Part shown: one piece after another, positions 1 through 8,368 of the stretch
Layout of the letters: each line of letters opens with the position of its first letter
How positions within the stretch are numbered: position 1 is the first letter of the stretch
DNA from: an uncultured virus (IMG/VR IMGVR_UViG_3300020201_000017)
Taxonomy: Duplodnaviria > Heunggongvirae > Uroviricota > Caudoviricetes
Reading direction: 5' to 3' (one strand)
DNA length: 64,000 bases
Virus record (IMG/VR): IMGVR_UViG_3300020201_000017
The notes under the pieces: generated by a model
Database searches by the model: none
Told to the model about the DNA's origin: nothing
What the model saw: the letters and a program-made list of their open reading frames with translations, nothing else
Made by a program: the position numbers and the translations under genes

Positions 1-420
1 ATAACAGAAGAATTATGTAAAATTGCTGTTAGTGACTATGGTTATGCATTATGTTATGTACCTGGAGAATTCAAAACAAAAGAATTATGTAACATTGCTG
101 TTAATGAAAATAGTCACGCATTACAATATGTACCTACAGGATTCATAACAGAAGAATTATGCAAAATTGCTGTTAGTCAAAATGGTTATGCATTACAATA
201 TGTACCTGAAGAATTGAAAGAAGAGCTGTATAAAAATGCTCTTATTCAAGATGGCTCACTGTTAGAATATATACCTGAAGAGTTTAAAACAGCAGAATTA
301 TGTAAAATTGCTGTTACTCACAATTGGTATAGATTACAATATGTACCTAAAGAATTACGAACAGAAGAGCTATGTAAAATTGCTGTCAGTCAAAATAGCG
401 ATGCATTATGTTATGTCCCT
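1..420 (+). repeat. Degenerate ~72-bp coding tandem repeat (about 6 units visible)
   Basis: Recurrent gaattatgtaaaattgctgtt ... tatgtacct at ~72-bp spacing. Confidence 0.85.
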
Positions 421-633
421 AATTATTTAAAACAAAAAATAAGAGCTTATCAAGAAAAAGCTGATATTATACTTGGCTTAAGATCTGGTGATATTGTTTG
501 GGTGAAAATTAATAATTATTGTAAATGTATTAAACTATTATCAAAACCGAAATTAGATAATGATTTTAATTGCATTTTATATCATGAGCATGGCGAAGAA
601 ATTACATCTGCTGATAATATCACAATTAATTAA
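1..633 (+). CDS. DUF4116-like helical repeat protein (5' end lies outside the window)
   Basis: Frame 1 is open from base 1 (ITEELCKIAVSDYGYALCYVP...); repeated ~24-aa unit T-x-ELCKIAV-x-x-N-x-x-ALQYVP. Confidence 0.8.
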   Translation: MTEELCKIAVSDYGYALCYVPGEFKTKELCNIAVNENSHALQYVPTGFITEELCKIAVSQNGYALQYVPEELKEELYKNALIQDGSLLEYIPEEFKTAELCKIAVTHNWYRLQYVPKELRTEELCKIAVSQNSDALCYVPNYLKQKIRAYQEKADIILGLRSGDIVWVKINNYCKCIKLLSKPKLDNDFNCILYHEHGEEITSADNITIN

Positions 634-635
634 AT

Positions 636-668
636 AAAAAAGAGAGGTTAAAACCTCTCTTTTCTTTT
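636..668. terminator. Bidirectional intrinsic terminator
   Basis: AAAAA-AGAGAGGT-taaa-ACCTCTCT-TTTCTTTT between convergent genes. Confidence 0.8.
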
Positions 669-685
669 AAGTGTATTTATTTTAA

Positions 686-1312
686 TTAGAGTTTTGAAGC
701 GAAATAATCAGCAAGTTTAACAACATCATTAATTGATGCACTAGAAGATTTCAAATGTTCATCAGAAAAAGGATTAACATGATCTGTATCAGATCGTTCA
801 GTTCCACCAGTGTGAGCAGCAGATGAAGGAGCCACTAGGCCAGGATCTTTTCCGCCCATATGTTCTTTCCAAACTTCTCCGGTATAATTGGTTGGTCTGC
901 GAGAAACGTGTTTACCTAGTTCAGGTTTGTTTGGCACTTTATTGTGTGATTTTGCTAATTCGTCCATTTCACGCTGGTGTTTTACAGCCAAATCAGATTT
1001 TGACTTATTGAAATCATCACCAAGTTCAAGATCGTAGCTTAATTGTGAATATTTATTTAATAAACTATCAGCAACTGAGCTTAGTTTATCTTTGGTAGCT
1101 TTATTTGTTTTACCAGCTCCTTCTAAGCCTTTATCTTCAGCATCTTCGATTTCTTTCTTTTCTTTAGCTGTTGGATTTTTCTTACCAGTTAATTTGCTTG
1201 CTTCATATGTAGTGCCTGGTTTAGGAGCGTCATCAGCAAGCTTGCGCATAGTTAAATCGTAAGCTAATTTAGCACTTTTGAGAGCGATTTGGTGGGCTTG
1301 TTTTTTATTCAT
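686..1312 (-). CDS. Hypothetical Lys/Ala-rich protein; the only convincing minus-strand gene
   Basis: 208-aa ORF, GGAG upstream on the minus strand, no substantial + gene overlapping, ends at the shared terminator. Confidence 0.8.
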   Translation of the reverse strand: MNKKQAHQIALKSAKLAYDLTMRKLADDAPKPGTTYEASKLTGKKNPTAKEKKEIEDAEDKGLEGAGKTNKATKDKLSSVADSLLNKYSQLSYDLELGDDFNKSKSDLAVKHQREMDELAKSHNKVPNKPELGKHVSRRPTNYTGEVWKEHMGGKDPGLVAPSSAAHTGGTERSDTDHVNPFSDEHLKSSSASINDVVKLADYFASKL

Positions 1313-1413
1313 CTGTAAAACTCCATAAATTGTTGATTAAATACACTTTACATTATTGCAAAATATTAGTATTGTTAAAGAAAATTTTGTTTATTAATTA
1401 ATAATTTAATTAA

Positions 1414-1441
1414 TTGACAATTGGTGGCCATGTGATAGTGT
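1414..1441 (+). promoter_or_regulatory. Sigma70-type promoter, probably leaderless for the 1448 ORF
   Basis: TTGACA-N16-TAGTGT with TG extension; ATG 6 nt after the -10. Confidence 0.55.
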
Positions 1442-1447
1442 AAAGCA

Positions 1448-1666
1448 ATGAATATTACAAAAAATACATTTTACGTGGTTAAAACGCCAACAAGAACATC
1501 AGAGTTATCAGATATTGTTTGGCATGTTAACTATTTAGAGTTTGCCAGAATTGCAATTGGTTCTAGTTTAATGGGAAAACATCCTGATAATGAAAATTGG
1601 AAAATTTATAATTCTGAAATTGCAGCTAAAAAAGACGCCCTGAATCGCTTAAAAAAATTAAAATAA
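1448..1666 (+). CDS. Hypothetical protein
   Basis: 72-aa ORF directly after the promoter. Confidence 0.65.
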   Translation: MNITKNTFYVVKTPTRTSELSDIVWHVNYLEFARIAIGSSLMGKHPDNENWKIYNSEIAAKKDALNRLKKLK

Positions 1667-1706
1667 TAATTTATTAATTAAAAACGTTATAATATAAGGA
1701 AAAACA

Positions 1707-1901
1707 ATGTCAAATCACGCAGAAATTAAGTTATTTAGTAAACTACCACCCATTGAAGTTGAAGAAACACATGAGGGTTTTAGCGTTTCCGTTATTTCTT
1801 TGCCAAAATTTTTATGGGCTGATAGTAAAGATCAGATCGTTCATTTTTTAGATGACCTTATTGAAAAGGCCCAGGAAGCCAAAGCTTCATTAAGTTGTTA
1901 A
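1707..1901 (+). CDS. Hypothetical protein
   Basis: 64-aa ORF with AAGGA upstream. Confidence 0.65.
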   Translation: MSNHAEIKLFSKLPPIEVEETHEGFSVSVISLPKFLWADSKDQIVHFLDDLIEKAQEAKASLSC

Positions 1902-1913
1902 TTACATTATAGA

Positions 1914-2438
1914 ATGAAAACATTACTTCTACTACGGGCATTATCTGGTTCTGGTAAATCAACATTGGCCAGGAAACTTGAAAATGATTATGGCACTAAG
2001 GCTGTGATTTGTTGTAATGATGATTATCTATATTATGGCAAAGAAAAGATTTTAGAAAATTATGATTGGACTCCTGATGGGGCCCATAATGGTTTCCTTG
2101 CTTGTTTTGATAAATTTAAAAGTGCCATTAATGATAATAAAGAATTAATCATTATTGATAATACAAATATTCGCAAACGTGATATTAAAGATTTTATCCA
2201 GGTTGGAGCTGAAAGTAGTTATGAAATAATTCTACATTCTATTACCGGATTTTCTGCTAATGATAGTTTTAACAATAATATTCATAAAGTGCCTTTCGAA
2301 ATTTGCTTGAAGAAATTTCGTGCTTTTAAGGCTTGTGAAAACCCGTTAATTATTAAAGATTTCCAATATCATATTAAAGAAGTTCTACATAATGCCTGGG
2401 ATATTCGTAAAGGTATTTATGAAACAGGTTCGTTTTAA
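1914..2438 (+). CDS. P-loop kinase (AAA_33 / polynucleotide-kinase-like)
   Basis: LRALSGSGKSTLA Walker A; IIIDNTN motif; N-x-H-x-VP. Confidence 0.8.
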   Translation: MKTLLLLRALSGSGKSTLARKLENDYGTKAVICCNDDYLYYGKEKILENYDWTPDGAHNGFLACFDKFKSAINDNKELIIIDNTNIRKRDIKDFIQVGAESSYEIILHSITGFSANDSFNNNIHKVPFEICLKKFRAFKACENPLIIKDFQYHIKEVLHNAWDIRKGIYETGSF

Positions 2439-2810
2439 ATGCAAGCAGCATTATTTTGTGGCACAAGATATGGTGTCGATTCAAATATTTTACATGATAT
2501 AATCTATTCTTTAGATTTTAAAACTATTATTATTCATGGGGATGCTGCTGGCGTAGATTCTCAAGTTAATAGTATGGCTCAAGAAAGAGGTATGACAATA
2601 ATACCTTGCCCTGCTCAATGGAAAGTTTATGGAAAATCGGCTGGCCCCAAAAGAAATACGGAAATGTTGAACATGTTAATCGCCTTAAGAAATGTTGGAT
2701 ATGAATGTAAAGTTTATGCTTACCCTAAAAAAGATTCAAGGGGTACTAATGATATGATTGCGCAAGCTAGAATTGCTAGATTTCATGTAATGGGGAAAAT
2801 TATTAGGTGA
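2439..2810 (+). CDS. SLOG-superfamily (YspA/DUF2493-like) protein
   Basis: CGTR, IIHGDAAGVD, W-x-x-YGKSAGPKRN, SRGT-x-DM motifs. Confidence 0.8.
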   Translation: MQAALFCGTRYGVDSNILHDIIYSLDFKTIIIHGDAAGVDSQVNSMAQERGMTIIPCPAQWKVYGKSAGPKRNTEMLNMLIALRNVGYECKVYAYPKKDSRGTNDMIAQARIARFHVMGKIIR

Positions 2811-2828
2811 TAAGCATTACTGATTAGC

Positions 2829-2857
2829 TTGACATTCCATAAAACTAATGATAGTAT
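2829..2857 (+). promoter_or_regulatory. Sigma70-type promoter
   Basis: TTGACA-N17-TAGTAT with TG extension. Confidence 0.65.
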
Positions 2858-2891
2858 GTTATGTGTGTAAAATTTTAATAAGAAAGAAAAT

Positions 2892-3149
2892 ATGAAATAT
2901 AGTTTAATTTTAATTGCGTTGTATTTAGTTTGTTGTCAAAAAGCTAATGAGAGTCGTGGATCTGTCACTGATGTTACGGCGCCAACTGTAACGGAAGATG
3001 TGTTTGAATGTAATGATGATACTGGCAGCACTTTAGAGTGTACAGCCGATACCGATTGTTGTGAGAGTTTTTACTGCGGAAAAGATCCTGACAAATCTCA
3101 ACGTAAAAGCTTTTGTTTATATGACCCAACAAATTATAAAGGAAAGTAA
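2892..3149 (+). CDS. Small exported Cys-rich (lipoprotein-like) protein
   Basis: MK plus hydrophobic stretch ending LVCC; C-terminal CTADTDCC...C...C. Confidence 0.6.
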   Translation: MKYSLILIALYLVCCQKANESRGSVTDVTAPTVTEDVFECNDDTGSTLECTADTDCCESFYCGKDPDKSQRKSFCLYDPTNYKGK

Positions 3150-3151
3150 TT

Positions 3152-3454
3152 ATGTCTAAAAATAAAGCTAAACATAATAAATTATTTTACGAAGTTATTA
3201 TTACTTTAGAATCGGAGTGGAAAAATAATAAAGTTAAAACTGAAGATAAAATTCTTGATTTAATTGAATTTCACGATCAACGCAGAAACTCTTTAATTGT
3301 TTGTTTATATCGTTGCGCTCTAATTAGATTGAAGGATGGAAAAAATCTTCAAACTTTTGACTATGGTGTTGAAACGCTTCTTGGAAATGCGGACGGGAAA
3401 GCTGATAAACATATTTTACTTGAAAAAAAGTTAAAAGAACAAGCTGGTTTATAA
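3152..3454 (+). CDS. Hypothetical protein
   Basis: 100-aa ORF in the operon. Confidence 0.65.
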   Translation: MSKNKAKHNKLFYEVIITLESEWKNNKVKTEDKILDLIEFHDQRRNSLIVCLYRCALIRLKDGKNLQTFDYGVETLLGNADGKADKHILLEKKLKEQAGL

Positions 3455-3463
3455 AGTAATTTT

Positions 3464-3736
3464 ATGACAGAGACTCAGATATTAAAGTTTAAAAACATAT
3501 TATTGTTAGTCGCACGCAGGCCAGCGATGTTTTTTGGACCCACTGAAGAAAACTATGCTAACTGTATGAGGTGTTACATATACGGATATGGTGACGCCAT
3601 TGATTTCAATATTGCCGTAAGTTTAGAAGAATACTTGAATTCTACATTAATTCATGAAATCAATGATTTTAAAAATCTGATGGATAAGCTGATTGAATGG
3701 TGCGATTATCATAAAATCAAAGAAATCATAGAATAA
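3464..3736 (+). CDS. Hypothetical protein ending in KIKEIIE
   Basis: 90-aa ORF; RRPAMFFG motif. Confidence 0.65.
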   Translation: MTETQILKFKNILLLVARRPAMFFGPTEENYANCMRCYIYGYGDAIDFNIAVSLEEYLNSTLIHEINDFKNLMDKLIEWCDYHKIKEIIE

Positions 3737-3841
3737 ATCAAAATTAATTTTTACATAATAAAAACTAAATACTTTATTAACATATAATATATGGATATAA
3801 AAATACTTTGATAATATCATTAATAAATTATTTTCAAAAAT

Positions 3842-3875
3842 AAAACTCACAATTAATTTTGTGAGTTTTTTTTGT
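3842..3875 (+). terminator. Intrinsic terminator
   Basis: AAAACTCACAA-loop-TTGTGAGTTTTTTTT. Confidence 0.7.
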
Positions 3876-3919
3876 TTTTCATATGCAGATATTTATCGAG
3901 ATCTTGATTGCTTTTCTCA

Positions 3920-3973
3920 TTGACTAAATAAGCACACTGTGTCACTATAGCACAGTGCTCAAAAAGGAGGTGT
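3920..3973 (+). promoter_or_regulatory. Promoter overlapped by an inverted repeat, followed by a strong RBS
   Basis: TTGACT-N17-CACTAT; AGCACACTGTG/CACAGTGCT inverted repeat; AAGGAGGTG before ATG 3975. Confidence 0.5.
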
Positions 3974-3974
3974 T

Positions 3975-4208
3975 ATGGTTAAAATATCAGAAACAACAGT
4001 GCGTGAACAACTTTTCGCACTTTTTGTAACTAAAGATCCGGTGGAAGCCAAAAAAGCAACTTATGATCAAAAACGAGATGAAATTTACCTTAATGGTAAA
4101 TATTATCCAGTTGATATGGAAGCCAAGGCTGTAATTGACCGCTTAAAACTAAATGGTTATAATGAAACTTGGATTAAAACATCAGTATTAAAGGTTGCTA
4201 AAAAATGA
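3975..4208 (+). CDS. Hypothetical protein
   Basis: 77-aa ORF with strong SD. Confidence 0.7.
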   Translation: MVKISETTVREQLFALFVTKDPVEAKKATYDQKRDEIYLNGKYYPVDMEAKAVIDRLKLNGYNETWIKTSVLKVAKK

Positions 4209-4786
4209 ATAAAGAAGATATGCATGAGCAATTAAGCAAGTTAGAATTATATCATTATGTCATATGTGCCATGTGGTCGTTCGCTGCAATAGTTTTTTTA
4301 TGCATTAATATTTTAAATATAAGTAAAGATAGATGGTTAGCGGTTTTAACTTTAGTAGCAGTTCTGCTCGCGTATATGAAGTTTAAATCAGCAAGCAGTT
4401 TTGGTGCGACAAAAAAACTGTATAGAATTGACGAACCAAATACTCAAATAAAAAAACAGTTTTGTTTTACTGATAAAAATAATCGTTTAATACTTAAAAA
4501 TGAAGCTTTTTATATTCAGAAAATAACAGATGAAAATAATAACCTATTAAAAGATTCCGAAATAAAAGAGCTGAATGATTCTGACTTTATATCTAATTTA
4601 TTAATGTGGTCAGACAAAGTTCGAGTGGTAAACAAAGACTACGCAGTAAATATTAAGATAGGTCACAAAGTTGTTGGAGTAATATCTCCAACTGAAGTTA
4701 AATTTTATGATAAAGTTTTAGCAAAAGATACTGACGCTCTGCAAGTTTGGAAAGCTTTAACAATTTCAACAAGAATGGAAAATTAA
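4205..4786 (+). CDS. Membrane protein (two N-terminal TM helices)
   Basis: Hydrophobic segments YVICAMWSFAAIVFLCINIL and WLAVLTLVAVLLAY. Confidence 0.65.
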   Translation: MNKEDMHEQLSKLELYHYVICAMWSFAAIVFLCINILNISKDRWLAVLTLVAVLLAYMKFKSASSFGATKKLYRIDEPNTQIKKQFCFTDKNNRLILKNEAFYIQKITDENNNLLKDSEIKELNDSDFISNLLMWSDKVRVVNKDYAVNIKIGHKVVGVISPTEVKFYDKVLAKDTDALQVWKALTISTRMEN

Positions 4787-4788
4787 TT

Positions 4789-5046
4789 ATGGATATTTTA
4801 AATCAAGATTTCGTTACAAAAGTACGTACAACTTTAGAAGAATTAAGTAAATCAGGTCCTGTAACTAAAAAAACGCTAGCTTCAGCCTTAAATCTTAAAG
4901 ATGGCTGGGATGATGTTTTTACTCTTATGTTAAAGAATGGTTTACTACCTGGCTTTATTACTCGTAAAGGTAAATTTGGCGGGTTTGTTAAAACAGGATT
5001 TGTTAAATTTGGTCAAGAAGAAATTGGTGAAACAGAAAATGTCTAA
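4789..5046 (+). CDS. Possible winged-helix DNA-binding protein
   Basis: PVTKKTLASALNL helix and TRKGKFGGF wing-like motif; start moved to ATG 4789. Confidence 0.4.
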   Translation: MDILNQDFVTKVRTTLEELSKSGPVTKKTLASALNLKDGWDDVFTLMLKNGLLPGFITRKGKFGGFVKTGFVKFGQEEIGETENV

Positions 5047-5302
5047 TATTAATTCGAAATTAAAAGCCGTGCAGGATGTTAAAGATTTTCTTTCTGAAAA
5101 ATTAATAGATGATCATGGCGGTCAATTTCCAAAATGGCTGATTGGTGGAATTGGTATTATTAAAGATAATAATAAATATGCAATAAAAATTGGCATCCAA
5201 ACAGGTAGTTTTGCAGAAATTCAAAAAAAGATGCCAAACAGAATTGATGGTATTTCTATTGTTTTAATAGAAACGGATGTCGCAAAACAATATGACGCCT
5301 GA
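5039..5302 (+). CDS. Hypothetical protein, paralog of the next ORF
   Basis: GIGI...AIKI...MPNRIDGISIV pattern. Confidence 0.6.
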   Translation: MSNINSKLKAVQDVKDFLSEKLIDDHGGQFPKWLIGGIGIIKDNNKYAIKIGIQTGSFAEIQKKMPNRIDGISIVLIETDVAKQYDA

Positions 5303-5540
5303 TAATCAAAATGATTTAGAAACAAAAAATGCAATAAAAGTTTGCTTAGAATTTGGCAAAACTGTTGAAAGTTATATTAATAAGAATGATTTTAGTGTTG
5401 GTTTAGGATATAAAGATGAAAAGTTTATTTTTCATATTTATTTTAAAAATGAAAATGATATGAGCATCAAAGCAATCCCAACTAATTATAAGGGTCACTC
5501 TATTGTTTGCAGTTATGTAGGAACCATTAATTATAAATAA
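5292..5540 (+). CDS. Hypothetical protein, paralog of the previous ORF
   Basis: SVGLG...FHIY...IPTNYKGHSIV pattern. Confidence 0.6.
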   Translation: MTPDNQNDLETKNAIKVCLEFGKTVESYINKNDFSVGLGYKDEKFIFHIYFKNENDMSIKAIPTNYKGHSIVCSYVGTINYK

Positions 5541-5548
5541 AGATTAAT

Positions 5549-5812
5549 ATGTACGAAGCATTAATTTGTGATGAAGATCATCTAAAGATAGCAACTAAAA
5601 AATCTCCTGTTAAGGGCATTATTCACCAAATTAATGCATTAAATATCGCCGAGGCATTTGTTGCAATTGAAAAAATAATAAACAATGAAACTGATAAGCT
5701 AAATGCTTACGGAATACTTAAACCAATTATTTTAGATATTTTAGACTCTAATAAGCAAAACAAAATGGTTTATAGCTATCATTTAGGTTTCGTTGGATTG
5801 GACAAATGTTAA
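5549..5812 (+). CDS. Hypothetical protein
   Basis: 87-aa ORF in the operon. Confidence 0.6.
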   Translation: MYEALICDEDHLKIATKKSPVKGIIHQINALNIAEAFVAIEKIINNETDKLNAYGILKPIILDILDSNKQNKMVYSYHLGFVGLDKC

Positions 5813-5815
5813 GTT

Positions 5816-6415
5816 ATGTATATTGATATAATACCCTATGAAGATTACCTGCCAGAATGGATCAGTAATTCTATGGGCAAAATGGTAGGTGATGGTGCTG
5901 AAGGTCATGTCTATGAGTTTGGTAAAAGTAGAATTATTAAAATTGCTTCATTAGGTGATGGTTTTATGCGCAGTTGGGGACAGATAAAAAATGTTCTTGA
6001 ATCACTTGTTAGAAACCCAAAACCAAATGTTGTGCAAATATATTATTACGGAATACTTAGTACTAACCCTTTGGTATATTTTTATGTTGCTGAAAAGCTA
6101 AAACCTATCTCATGGATTCAGAGAGATATTATTGATAATTGCATCGAGTGTGATGAAGTATATTATGATGTAATTGAATTATATGATCAAAGAAAGATTT
6201 CTAAAAATAAAAAATTACTGGATACTCTCGAAGGCTTGACAAATCAGAAGAGAGATGCTAGACATAGGTTCAATATTTACGATATTCATTCAGGGAATAT
6301 TATGAAAGACTCGGATAATAATTTTAAACTTTGTGATGTTGGATTAGTTGAACTCAAAAAAAAGTGGTCCAAAAAACTAAATAAAGAAAAAAAATATAAA
6401 TTAATGAGAGTTTAA
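5816..6415 (+). CDS. Protein-kinase-like (Ser/Thr kinase fold) protein
   Basis: Gly loop GDGAEGHVY, IIK, catalytic loop YDIHSGNIM, LCDVG (DFG-equivalent). Confidence 0.75.
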   Translation: MYIDIIPYEDYLPEWISNSMGKMVGDGAEGHVYEFGKSRIIKIASLGDGFMRSWGQIKNVLESLVRNPKPNVVQIYYYGILSTNPLVYFYVAEKLKPISWIQRDIIDNCIECDEVYYDVIELYDQRKISKNKKLLDTLEGLTNQKRDARHRFNIYDIHSGNIMKDSDNNFKLCDVGLVELKKKWSKKLNKEKKYKLMRV

Positions 6416-8284
6416 ATGTCTAAAGAAAAAATTAAATCACTTGCTAAAAAAATTCTAAAGGCAAAGCAAGATTATTATAATTTACAACCAACAGTAAGTG
6501 ATAATGTTTTTGATGCTTGGATTGATGAACTTTCTAAATTAGATCCTGATAACTTTGCTGTAACAGGTATTGGATCCGCTCCCATTTCTAGTTGGGTAAA
6601 AGTTACACATGAAATCCCCATGTCTAGCTTGAACAAAGTTAACACATCAGAAGAACTGAAATCTTGGGCCCAAAATGACTGCGATTCAGCAAATGAATTT
6701 CTAGTTACTGAAAAACTAGATGGAATATCCGTTTCCTTAAAATATGAAAATGGTCAACTAATCCAGGCGGCAACACGAGGATCTGGAGAAGTTGGTGAAA
6801 ATATTACATTAAATGTAATTAAAATGAAATGCGTTCCATTAAATCTTCCAAATGATGTTACGCTTCATATTCGTGGTGAAATTGTTTTATTAAAAAATGA
6901 TCATTTGGCATATTTCTCAGATTATGCTAATCCAAGGAATGCCGCCGCCGGGATTGCTAAGAGGTTGGATAGCGAAGGCTCTGAACATTTAACTGTTATT
7001 TGCTATACGGTTGAAGGTCCTGATTTTGATACCGAATTACAATCGTTTCAATTTCTAGATAATCTTGGTTTTAGAACTCCTAGTTATGAAGTGACTTCCA
7101 CTTTAGGTGTAACAGTTCTTTGGCAAAATTATCAATTAAATATTCGTGATAGGCTTGATTATGAAATTGATGGTCTGGTAATTAGGCTAAATGACCGCGC
7201 TAAGCAATTCTCTTTGGGTGAAAAAAATCATCGACCAAAAGGAGCTGTCGCCTTTAAGTTTGAAGGAGCTACAGCTATTTCTACAGTTCGTGCGATAGTT
7301 AATCAGGTAGGTCAAACAGGAAGAATTACACCAGTTGCTGAATTTGATGAAGTTGATTTGCTTGGCGCAAAAGTTAAAAGAGCTAGTCTTTATAATTATT
7401 CTTATGTTAATCAATTAAGAATCTCAGTTGGATCAGAGGTATTAATTAAACGAGCAAATGATGTTATCCCAAGATTGCAAGAAGTAATTACAGAAAATGG
7501 GAATCCGGCCGAGGCACCTAATCTTTGCCCAGATTGCCAACAGCCAACTACACAACAAGGTGAATATCTGCTTTGCACAAATAAAGTTACTTGCCCACCA
7601 CAAGTGTTAGGACGAATCAGTATGTGGGTTTCAGAGCTTAATATTCTTGAATGGGGTGATAAAATCATTCAAAAAATGATTGATCAAACAATTGTTTCTG
7701 ATATTGCTGATATTTATAAACTAAAAGTTGAAGATATCTCGAATTTAGACCGTTTAGGAGAAAAAAGTGCCCAAAATTTAATAAAAGAACTTGATAAATA
7801 TAGAGAAATTACATTAGAACATTTTATTGGAGGCTTGGGCATTGAAAATGTTGCAACATCTACTGCTAAATTAGTAATTAATGCAGGCTATGATTCATTC
7901 GAAAAGATTAAAATGCTTTCCTTCGGACAACTAGAAAATATTCCAGGATTCGGATCAATAAAAGCTAAAGCATTCGTTGATGGTATGAAAAATAATGAAC
8001 AAAGAATTCAAAATATTCTTGATTCAGGCGTCAAAATTAAAGAAAAAGTAAAAGGGTCTTTGACTGGTAAATCTTTTTGTTTTTCTGGTGCTAGTAGCTT
8101 GCCACGTGCTAAACTACATAAAATGGTTGAAGAAAATGGTGGAGAGGTTAAGAAAAGTGTTGGAGCATCCTTGACTTACCTTGTCATACCTGCTATAGAG
8201 AGTAATACATCTAAAGCCCAATCAGCAAAAAAGAATAATGTTGCTATGATTGATGAAAAACAATTTATGGAAATGATTAAGTGA
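6416..8284 (+). CDS. ligA: NAD-dependent DNA ligase
   Basis: EKLDG active site, TRGSG-x-x-GE, NPRNAAAG, GRITPV, Zn finger, HhH repeats, C-terminal BRCT. Confidence 0.97.
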   Translation: MSKEKIKSLAKKILKAKQDYYNLQPTVSDNVFDAWIDELSKLDPDNFAVTGIGSAPISSWVKVTHEIPMSSLNKVNTSEELKSWAQNDCDSANEFLVTEKLDGISVSLKYENGQLIQAATRGSGEVGENITLNVIKMKCVPLNLPNDVTLHIRGEIVLLKNDHLAYFSDYANPRNAAAGIAKRLDSEGSEHLTVICYTVEGPDFDTELQSFQFLDNLGFRTPSYEVTSTLGVTVLWQNYQLNIRDRLDYEIDGLVIRLNDRAKQFSLGEKNHRPKGAVAFKFEGATAISTVRAIVNQVGQTGRITPVAEFDEVDLLGAKVKRASLYNYSYVNQLRISVGSEVLIKRANDVIPRLQEVITENGNPAEAPNLCPDCQQPTTQQGEYLLCTNKVTCPPQVLGRISMWVSELNILEWGDKIIQKMIDQTIVSDIADIYKLKVEDISNLDRLGEKSAQNLIKELDKYREITLEHFIGGLGIENVATSTAKLVINAGYDSFEKIKMLSFGQLENIPGFGSIKAKAFVDGMKNNEQRIQNILDSGVKIKEKVKGSLTGKSFCFSGASSLPRAKLHKMVEENGGEVKKSVGASLTYLVIPAIESNTSKAQSAKKNNVAMIDEKQFMEMIK

Positions 8285-8368
8285 AAAAGAAATGAAAATG
8301 AAAGATTTTAAGTTGAAAGTACAAGAAGAGGATAAGGCGTATCATGGCAAAATGGCTGGAGAAAAACT

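Noticed and set aside
1..420. CRISPR array or DGR interpretation of the 72-bp repeats
   Set aside because: The repeats are in-frame, degenerate coding units with no identical repeat/unique spacer structure; no reverse transcriptase or cas genes are present
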